DNA from: an uncultured Acidimicrobiaceae bacterium | GTDB taxonomy: Bacteria > Actinomycetota > Acidimicrobiia > Acidimicrobiales > SZUA-35 | DNA: 64,000 bases | Reading direction: 5' to 3' | Assembly: GCA_964351995.1 (NCBI GenBank) | Contig: CAYGQE010000026.1 | Coordinates: forward strand, 2,460 to 66,459 | In this document: piece by piece, positions 22,202 through 29,080 of the stretch | Numbering within the stretch: position 1 is the stretch's first letter | Layout: each line of letters opens with the position of its first letter | Program-made: the position numbers and the translations under genes | Notes under the pieces: generated by a model | Told to the model about the DNA's origin: nothing | The model's database searches: none | Seen by the model: only the letters and a program-made list of their open reading frames with translations

Positions 22202-22581
22202 GCTTGCGAGCGATGAATCCTGACACCAGTCGACGCCACGATGGACGGCACCGGAGGACGCACCTTGCGGGCCACAACCGTGACCGAATCGGCATTGGGG
22301 TCACTGAGCACGAGGTCGGCGACGCGACTCGCCATGCGCTCGAGCAACAAGAATCGCTCGACTTCGAGCGTCGAAGAGATCAGCTCGATCGTGGCCCCGT
22401 AGTTGACCGTTGCGCCGAGATCATCTCCGCCGGCAGCAACTGCCATGTCGAGATAGATGTCGATATCGAAAATGAACGGCTGCCGCCTGGCCTGCTCTTC
22501 GTCGAGCACGCCACAGAAGACGAGGAGTTCGAGATCGCGCAGCTCAATACGGTCGTCGAGCGGCCCAGGAACCTCAGGCAT
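22198..22581 (-). CDS. folB: Dihydroneopterin aldolase
   Basis: DRIELRDL..GVLDEE, TVNYG, LLERMA and K.RPP motifs. Lies between folP and folK. Confidence 0.93.
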   Translation of the reverse strand: MPEVPGPLDDRIELRDLELLVFCGVLDEEQARRQPFIFDIDIYLDMAVAAGGDDLGATVNYGATIELISSTLEVERFLLLERMASRVADLVLSDPNADSVTVVARKVRPPVPSIVASTGVRIHRSQA

Positions 22582-23083
22582 TGTCGGCCACGTTTGCTGC
22601 CGCCGTGATCAACCCGCGACCCTCCGGGCCGAGTTGGCGACCCAGCAGGCGCTCAGTCACGACGATGGCCTGCGAGGTTTCAGGAACCATGCCAGACCAA
22701 CGGAAGTAGCCGCCAAGCAGACCAGCGAGGCGATCAGAAATCTCCTCGGCATGCAGAAGGATCTTCGACTTCGAAGACAGCAAGCTGCGAAGCTCTGGAT
22801 ACATCTGTCCCAGCGCCGTCTCGGTGTCGAGCGTGGGAGGGAACGGCCAGTGCTTCCACCGAACGCCAAGCTCGTCGTAACTGTGCAAGTTGTGATCAGA
22901 GGCAATCAACGAGATCACGAAGTCGAACTTCTTCTCGCGAATCCAGATGATCTCTTCTTGACGCCGCACCTTGCGGTGGTTGGTGCCATAGCCCCCCGGC
23001 CGCTCCGAGATCGCCAGCTGATCGCCGATGACCCACTGGAAGTGCCGGGGTTCGATGCCCTGAGCCCACTTGCCTTTCGCCAT
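22574..23083 (-). CDS. Hypothetical protein with dual-specificity/PTP phosphatase-like fold; catalytic Cys replaced (HAx5R)
   Basis: FQWVIGDQLAISERPG, VISL and ILLHAEEISDRLAG resemble the DSP pattern F.WI...LA....P / VISL / VLVHCx5R. Overlaps the folB start. Confidence 0.7.
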   Translation of the reverse strand: MAKGKWAQGIEPRHFQWVIGDQLAISERPGGYGTNHRKVRRQEEIIWIREKKFDFVISLIASDHNLHSYDELGVRWKHWPFPPTLDTETALGQMYPELRSLLSSKSKILLHAEEISDRLAGLLGGYFRWSGMVPETSQAIVVTERLLGRQLGPEGRGLITAAANVADNA

Positions 23084-23200
23084 CCCGATGTGCCTTCCCG
23101 CTGCTCGAACGTCTCGAAGAGGATGCCGGATTTCTCGGCGGTTGAAGCAAGTACCGGCTTGAGCGAGTCCCAAATTCCTCGGAATCCGCTGTTCCAGAAA

Positions 23201-24004
23201 TCAGAAGGCTCCCGGGAGGACCGCCAGCGCCTTCGCTGTCGCTGCCACGTCATGAACACGCAGGAGATCAGCTCCGTGCATTGCGGCATGGCAGGCCGTT
23301 GCGACAGACGCCTCGATGCGATCATCGACGACGACACCTTCCACACCATCAGATGCCGCGAGCAACGAGCCCAACATCGACTTCCGACTGGTTCCGATTG
23401 CCACCGGGTGTCCGGTTGCCACGAACCGATCCGTTGCCGCCAGCAACGCGATGTTGTGCTCCAGCGTCTTGCCGAAGCCAAAGCCGGGATCGATCCACAC
23501 GCTGGTCACACCAATCGAGTGAGCGTGGTCGGCTCGTTCGACAAGATAGCTGAGCACCTCGTCCACCACTGATGCATACGTCGGGTCGGCCTGCATGTTC
23601 TCGGGCAAGCCCTGCATGTGCATCGCGATCCAGCCCGCACCGACATCAGCCGCGACCTCCGCCAACGAAGCCGAGACGTCGTTGACAATCTGAGCACCGG
23701 CCGCGACCGCAGCGCGGGCCACCGCTTCGTGCCTGGTGTCGATCGACACTGGACAGCGATCAGCGATGGCTTCGATCACGGGAACCACACGCCTGGTCTC
23801 TTCATCGATCGAGACCGTCTCGGCACCTGGCCTGGTCGACTCACCGCCGACATCGATCATGTCGGCGCCTTCTTTGAGCATCGTGAACGCTCGAGCCACG
23901 GCTCGATCGAGATCGAGATGTTTGCCACCATCGCTGAACGAATCCGGCGTGACATTCAACACGCCGAGCACGCTCGGCCGCTTCGAGCCACTCTCGATCG
24001 CCAT
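23201..24004 (-). CDS. folP: Dihydropteroate synthase
   Basis: GVLNVTPDSFSDGG, DVGGESTRPG, DPGFGFGK, SRKS and RVHDV motifs. Start ATG 24004 follows TAGTCT. Confidence 0.97.
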   Translation of the reverse strand: MAIESGSKRPSVLGVLNVTPDSFSDGGKHLDLDRAVARAFTMLKEGADMIDVGGESTRPGAETVSIDEETRRVVPVIEAIADRCPVSIDTRHEAVARAAVAAGAQIVNDVSASLAEVAADVGAGWIAMHMQGLPENMQADPTYASVVDEVLSYLVERADHAHSIGVTSVWIDPGFGFGKTLEHNIALLAATDRFVATGHPVAIGTSRKSMLGSLLAASDGVEGVVVDDRIEASVATACHAAMHGADLLRVHDVAATAKALAVLPGAF

Positions 24005-24014
24005 CCGCTCGAGA

Positions 24015-24893
24015 CTATCCGGAGGGCCAGTACTCGACTCGAAGGGTGCCGGCGGTACGCCGAACCGAGCGGCCACGACTGAGCTGGCAACCCGCCGCAT
24101 TGCCCTCGGCCACGGCGAGTACGCGCTCGATCTCTGCTGCCGATGGGGCGTATCCATCAGAGGTGGTGAGCCAACGACGGAGCGCCACCGAGGCCAGAGC
24201 TGGTGGTGCGGAGGCGAGCTGGGCGGCGCTCGTCGGATCGATCGCTGCGGCAGCCCGATCGAGCTCGATGCTGGCCGAGCGGGCGATGTCGGACGTCCGG
24301 ACCAACAACGGCACGATGTCACGATCGCTGATCTCCGCCATCAGCGGTAACAGCTCGTGACGAACTCGATTGCGAACGAACCGAGGGTCGTGGTTCGATG
24401 GATCCTCGATTGGCTGCAGCCCAAGTGCATGGCAAAGCGCCGTCGTGTCCGCACGGCGAAGCCCGAGAAGCGGGTGGCGACCACCGGGCTCCATCGCGGC
24501 GAGCCCGCGGAGCCCCGCCCCCCTGAGCAGGTTGATCAGAAGCGTCTCGGCTTGATCATCGGCGGTGTGACCAGTCAGCGCGTCGCCTCCGAGCACACCC
24601 CACCGAGCGTTTCGCGCCCTTGCCTCGAGATCGCCCCCGGGGGCAACCTCGACACGCTCGCTCCGAAACCCTGCCCCGTGAGCTGCAGCGACCGCAGCCA
24701 CCACCACGGCATCGTCACCGGAATCCGGACGAAGGCCGTGGTCGACATGGACCGCGGTGACGTCAAGACCGGCAGCAACGGCCAGGACCAACAGCGCCAG
24801 CGAGTCTGCACCGCCCGAGACGGCGCACACGACCGTTGACCCGGCAGCGGGAAAAGCACACCGGTCGAGCAACGACGCAACAGCGTCGGTCAC
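24015..24893 (-). CDS. tilS: tRNA(Ile)-lysidine synthetase
   Basis: AVSGGADS PP-loop, HVDHGLR, GHTADDQAET and DPSN..RNRVR motifs. Confidence 0.94.
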   Translation of the reverse strand: MTDAVASLLDRCAFPAAGSTVVCAVSGGADSLALLVLAVAAGLDVTAVHVDHGLRPDSGDDAVVVAAVAAAHGAGFRSERVEVAPGGDLEARARNARWGVLGGDALTGHTADDQAETLLINLLRGAGLRGLAAMEPGGRHPLLGLRRADTTALCHALGLQPIEDPSNHDPRFVRNRVRHELLPLMAEISDRDIVPLLVRTSDIARSASIELDRAAAAIDPTSAAQLASAPPALASVALRRWLTTSDGYAPSAAEIERVLAVAEGNAAGCQLSRGRSVRRTAGTLRVEYWPSG

Positions 24894-24903
24894 CGAGGCG
24901 ATC

Positions 24904-26010
24904 TCAGGAGTTGGTGGATGCCGTCATCCGGCTGATCCACAGCTCTGGCAGGCGAATCTCGTCGATGGCAGGGAGCGAGTCGGGGCTGCTCCAGACTTGA
25001 TCGAACAACTCGCGGCCACCAGCGGCCTCGACGGCGAGGATGAACTTCTCGCCTTCTTCGTATTGGGCGAGCTTCGCCTCGAAACCGAGCAAACGCTGAA
25101 TGACTTTGGTTGGCCCTGTTGCCGAGGTGCGCCGTTGTGTGAACACCCGTGCGAATCGTGGCTGTGAAGGGATCAGGTGCCGTCCTGCACGATCCATCGT
25201 GATGTCGCCATGCCCTTCGAGCAAGCTCATGAGGCCACTGACCTTGTCAAGCGTCAGCTGCTGCTTGGGCGACGCCAACATCTGCGACAAGCCACCATCG
25301 GTCAGCCCGTCGATGCCCGCTCGCTTCTTCTCGACCGCTGCCTTCGCCGCGTCGATGAACCGGCCAGGATCGGGGTCGACATCGTCCATCAGTTCGTTGA
25401 CGAGCGCCAGGAAGTAGGGCCGCAGCCACGGAACAGCGGTGAACTGCGCCCGGTGAGTGCACTCGTGCACGGCGATCCACAGCCGGAACTCACGAGGAGG
25501 AAAGCCGTAGCGCTTCTCCATCGACATCACGTTCGGACCGACGTAGTAGACGAGATCCTGGGCCTCGGGGTTCTCGTCTTCGATGATCAACAGGTCGTAC
25601 TGACCGATCACTCGACCCGACATCCAGCCAAGCAGGGCACCGACTTCGGCACCAGCGAACTTGGGGCCGACCTTGCCCATGACGGGCTGAACGAACTTGC
25701 TCGCCATCGAGCCGATTCTCGACGGTTCTTCGTCTGAGGTGTCGCTGAGCTTTTCGAGCAGTGGTCGGGTGAGCCGGTCAAAGCTCGCCAAGTTGGCATC
25801 GACCCAGCCGGCGCGATCGGTGACCCGGCCTCGAGCTGGGCCAGCCAACGAGACCAGACCGGTTTCAGCAGCGACGAGTTCTTCGGCTTGGCTCGTCAGC
25901 GACAGCATGTCCGAAGAGAGCGTTGCGAGTGCCCCACGATCGACGTCAGCCGACGAACCAACCTTGGCTGCAACCCGCCGAGCGGTGTCCCAGTCGACCG
26001 ACGCGCTCAT
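24904..26010 (-). CDS. Zincin-like metalloprotease (DUF2342 family)
   Basis: VDW, DRAGWV, GQYD, HECTHRAQF, MSLLEGH and QYEEG motifs. Usual tilS neighbour. Confidence 0.88.
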   Translation of the reverse strand: MSASVDWDTARRVAAKVGSSADVDRGALATLSSDMLSLTSQAEELVAAETGLVSLAGPARGRVTDRAGWVDANLASFDRLTRPLLEKLSDTSDEEPSRIGSMASKFVQPVMGKVGPKFAGAEVGALLGWMSGRVIGQYDLLIIEDENPEAQDLVYYVGPNVMSMEKRYGFPPREFRLWIAVHECTHRAQFTAVPWLRPYFLALVNELMDDVDPDPGRFIDAAKAAVEKKRAGIDGLTDGGLSQMLASPKQQLTLDKVSGLMSLLEGHGDITMDRAGRHLIPSQPRFARVFTQRRTSATGPTKVIQRLLGFEAKLAQYEEGEKFILAVEAAGGRELFDQVWSSPDSLPAIDEIRLPELWISRMTASTNS

Positions 26011-26139
26011 CTACTGCTTCTTCGGATAGCGGGGACTCTCCACTTTGGCGAAGTAGCCCACGACGAGCGCCGCGATCGTTGCGAAGGATCCGATGGCGAG
26101 AAAGAGACCGATCCAGAAATGCCAGATGACAGCGAACAT
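26011..26139 (-). CDS. Small single-pass membrane protein, 42 aa (MFAVIWHFWIGLFLAIGSFATIAALVVGYFAKVESPRYPKKQ)
   Basis: Manual translation, below the ORF-track cutoff. TAGACT -10 lies 6 nt upstream of the ATG, and the stop abuts the next ATG (TAGATG). Confidence 0.75.
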   Translation of the reverse strand: MFAVIWHFWIGLFLAIGSFATIAALVVGYFAKVESPRYPKKQ

Positions 26140-26156
26140 CAGAAGAGTCTAGGCGC

Positions 26157-26447
26157 TCAGCTGTCGAGCGCACGAAGCGCGTCGAACACTCGGTCCCGAA
26201 GGCCCACGGGAAGATCCGACTGACACTTCGTTGATATGACGGTCTTGAGCTCGGTGTGGAACTCGAACGCATCGAGGCAATGCCCACAGGCATCGATGTG
26301 GCTGCTGATCGATGCGCGCCTTTCCGGCGTCAGTTCGCCGTCGAGAAACTCATAGAGCTGTTCGACTGCGTCTTTGCAATCGCTCGGATTTGCAGCGCAG
26401 GGGTCGTTGTCGGCGCTGGTTTCGTCTGCGTACGGCTTGTCGGTCAT
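26157..26447 (-). CDS. rsrA: Zinc-binding anti-sigma factor RsrA/RshA
   Basis: C..AVEQLYEFLDGEL and ZAS motif HIDACGHC. Coupled to the ECF sigma. Confidence 0.9.
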   Translation of the reverse strand: MTDKPYADETSADNDPCAANPSDCKDAVEQLYEFLDGELTPERRASISSHIDACGHCLDAFEFHTELKTVISTKCQSDLPVGLRDRVFDALRALDS

Positions 26448-27067
26448 GAGCTCGTGGGGGCTGGATCGTTGGTGACGGTCGTTTCACCATCGGCGTCGAG
26501 GTCAGCTTCCGGAGGAGCGGCGAGACCACGAGCGACGGCAAAGTCGTACAACTCCCGTTGGAGGGATTTTCTTCCCCGATGCAGGCGACTCATCACCGTG
26601 CCGATCGGGATGTCGAGCATTTCAGCGATCTCTTTGTAGGCAAAGCCCTCGACATCAGCGAGCAAAACGGCGGCCCGATAGTTCTCGGGCAAGGCCTCGA
26701 CCGCAGCGACGACTTCGGCCTCGGAGAACAGATCCATGAGCTCGTCTTCAGCACTTCGGCCCATCTGGCCGGGTGAGGCGAGCTTACGGTAGAGGTACAT
26801 GTCGCCGACATCGTCGAGTTCGGTTTCTTCCGGCCGACGCTGCTTGGCCCGGTAGCGATTGATCTGCGAATTCGTGAGAATCCGGAAGAGCCACGCCCGC
26901 AGATTGGTGCCGGGTTTGAACGACTCGTAACTGCGAAACGCCTTGAGATAGGTCTCCTGGACGAGGTCTTCCGCATCAGCGGAATTCCTCGTCAGCCGCA
27001 TTGCATGCGAATACAACGCCGGCATGAGCCCTTCGGTGTCCTCGACAAAGGTCGATCGATCTGCCAC
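26444..27067 (-). CDS. sigR: ECF sigma factor SigR/SigH (thiol-oxidative stress)
   Basis: DAEDLVQETYLKA..GTNLRAWLFRILTN..IN.YR.KQRRP and YKEIAEML.IPIGTVMSRLHRGR. Followed by rsrA. Confidence 0.9.
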   Translation of the reverse strand: MADRSTFVEDTEGLMPALYSHAMRLTRNSADAEDLVQETYLKAFRSYESFKPGTNLRAWLFRILTNSQINRYRAKQRRPEETELDDVGDMYLYRKLASPGQMGRSAEDELMDLFSEAEVVAAVEALPENYRAAVLLADVEGFAYKEIAEMLDIPIGTVMSRLHRGRKSLQRELYDFAVARGLAAPPEADLDADGETTVTNDPAPTSS

Positions 27068-27177
27068 CGTCTGACCCTAGCGAGGAAGCGCCCGGCGGGC
27101 GGGCTCCGCGCGACAGATCAAACACGACGGCGCGGAACAGCGGTGCATGGTCGCTGGGGCGATAAAGTCGACGGCTT

Positions 27178-27250
27178 GCCCGGATAGCTCAGTCGGTAGA
27201 GCGTTTCACTCGTAATGAAAAGGTCCCGAGTTCGATTCTCGGTCCGGGCT
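27178..27250 (+). tRNA. tRNA-Thr (anticodon CGT)
   Basis: Acceptor GCCCGGA/TCCGGGC, D arm GCTC-AGTCGGTA-GAGC, anticodon arm TTTCA-CTCGTAA-TGAAA, T loop TTCGATT. CCA is not encoded. Confidence 0.96.
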
Positions 27251-27289
27251 CTCGTATTGCCGTCGGCCCTGGGGGCCTTTGGGCAAACC

Positions 27290-27356
27290 GGAGTTTCCTC
27301 GCTGCGCTCCGAAACTCCCACCCCGGTCGTCAGCGCCTCGGTCGTCAGCACCTCGG
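27290..27356. repeat. REP-like hairpin plus 15-bp tandem duplication between convergent tRNA-Thr and holB
   Basis: GGAGTTTC-CTCGCTGCGCTCC-GAAACTCC, then CGGTCGTCAGCGCCT / CGGTCGTCAGCACCT. Confidence 0.6.
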
Positions 27357-27376
27357 CACCTGGGGTCAGGTCCCTG

Positions 27377-28456
27377 TTACAACCGTGACAGGTTGAGGAA
27401 CAGGGCCTGCAGAAGCAGGGCTTCGTTCGGGTTGCGACGTACGGCTTCGGTGGCTTGGTGAATGGCCACCAGTGAAGCCTCGGCCCCCTCGTCGGAACGC
27501 TCGATCAGGCGGTCGCGGTAGCGACGACTGATCGTGGCGAGGCCGAAGCGGATCTCATCGACCCGCAGCTTTCGGATCTCGCGCTTCTGCTTCGCAACGA
27601 GCCCGCTACGACCCGACCCTCGCTCCCCTGTCAGTTCGACCTGTGCATCGAGCGCTTCGAGTTGCTCGGCATGCTGGGCGTCAAGAGGTTCTTGGGCGGC
27701 ATCCATGGCATCGCGCACCTGGCTGACCAATTCGTAGACCATGCTCCCTGTGCCATCGACACGATCAGGAATGGACTTCCAGAGCGCTGCCCGCTCCACC
27801 AGTGCGTCGTCGGTCGCGAGCAATCGAGCCCGTTCCATGTCACCGTTCGCCGCCGACGCAGCAATCTTCGCCCGTTTGGGCGGAACGCCAGCGGCGAACA
27901 GAGCGGTCTCCATCACCATCGTCGAGATGGGCGAGAACTCGACCGGCACTGACCGACTGGCAATCGTGATGATCTCTGGCACCACTTCTTGAGCCATCAG
28001 CACGAACACCACCGTCTCCGGAGGCTCCTCGATGATCTTCAGCATCTTTCCGATCGCCGTGTCGTTGATCAGCTCGATCGACGGCACCACGATCACCTTG
28101 CGAGCGCCTTCGACCGGAGAGGTCGACGCGGCGCGGATCAGCTCGTCGGCTTCCTCGGCCCGCAAGAACGGCCCGTTGGGTTCGATGAACACCAAGTCAG
28201 GGTGACGAGCCTCGAGTGCGAGGCGACGGTGCCGGGTTGCTGCTGTGACGTCGCCCGCCGCCACGGATGCCGCCGACAACAACAGCGCAGCAAACCCGAG
28301 CGCTCCCCGATAGGTCCCGCTGCCAGGGCTTCCCAACAGCATGTAGGCATGCACCGGCGCCGAGGCGGCGGCATCGAGCCGAGCCGTGGCGGCCTCCTGG
28401 CCGATCACGTCAGCCCAAGGGTCGGGCAGGACCGATGCATCTTCGATGAGCGTCAT
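27377..28456 (-). CDS. holB: DNA polymerase III subunit delta'
   Basis: W.DVIGQ, HAY, HPDL, LKIIEEPP and TIASR motifs. Downstream of tmk. Confidence 0.88.
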   Translation of the reverse strand: MTLIEDASVLPDPWADVIGQEAATARLDAAASAPVHAYMLLGSPGSGTYRGALGFAALLLSAASVAAGDVTAATRHRRLALEARHPDLVFIEPNGPFLRAEEADELIRAASTSPVEGARKVIVVPSIELINDTAIGKMLKIIEEPPETVVFVLMAQEVVPEIITIASRSVPVEFSPISTMVMETALFAAGVPPKRAKIAASAANGDMERARLLATDDALVERAALWKSIPDRVDGTGSMVYELVSQVRDAMDAAQEPLDAQHAEQLEALDAQVELTGERGSGRSGLVAKQKREIRKLRVDEIRFGLATISRRYRDRLIERSDEGAEASLVAIHQATEAVRRNPNEALLLQALFLNLSRL

Positions 28457-29073
28457 ACCTTCGCCGACCGCTCTTCAACCGCAAGCCAGACTGCAGCGGC
28501 GACATCGTCGATGGATGCCGAACCGTCGACCACGACCCATCGTTCAGGCTCAGCAACGGCCAACTCACGGAAGGTCGCATGGATCCGGTCGTGGAACCCA
28601 TCAGCCTCGGCTTCGAGACGATCGAGGGCCCGCTCGCGACGCCCAGCCACGGTTTCGGGCGGGCAGTCGAGCAGCAATACGAGATCCGGCCACAATCCAT
28701 CGAGCGCCCAATCGTTGACCGCTCGTACCTGGTCGACGCCCAGACCTCGACCGCCGCCTTGGTAGGCCAGGGATGAGTACGCCGTGCGGTCGGAGATGAC
28801 ATGTCGTCCGTCAGCGAGCGCCGGACGAACAACTTCTTTCATGTGCTGTGCTCGATCAGCGGCCATCATCAGTGTCTCGGCCCGAGGCCCGAGGGGCGCT
28901 TGATCAACGCCGAGCAGCAGCTCACGGAGTTGACGACCCAACGGCGTCGCTCCCGGTTCGTGAGTGATGACGGGATCAGATCCATCTCGATCGACCAATC
29001 GCTTCGCCAGGAGGCGGACCTGTGTGCTCTTACCTGAGCCCTCACCACCCTCGAACGCGATGTAGAGCGCCAC
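28453..29073 (-). CDS. tmk: Thymidylate kinase
   Basis: FEGGEGSGKSTQ, EPG, ADRAQH and SDRTAYSSLAYQG motifs. Confidence 0.96.
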   Translation of the reverse strand: MALYIAFEGGEGSGKSTQVRLLAKRLVDRDGSDPVITHEPGATPLGRQLRELLLGVDQAPLGPRAETLMMAADRAQHMKEVVRPALADGRHVISDRTAYSSLAYQGGGRGLGVDQVRAVNDWALDGLWPDLVLLLDCPPETVAGRRERALDRLEAEADGFHDRIHATFRELAVAEPERWVVVDGSASIDDVAAAVWLAVEERSAKV

Positions 29074-29080
29074 GCGATGC

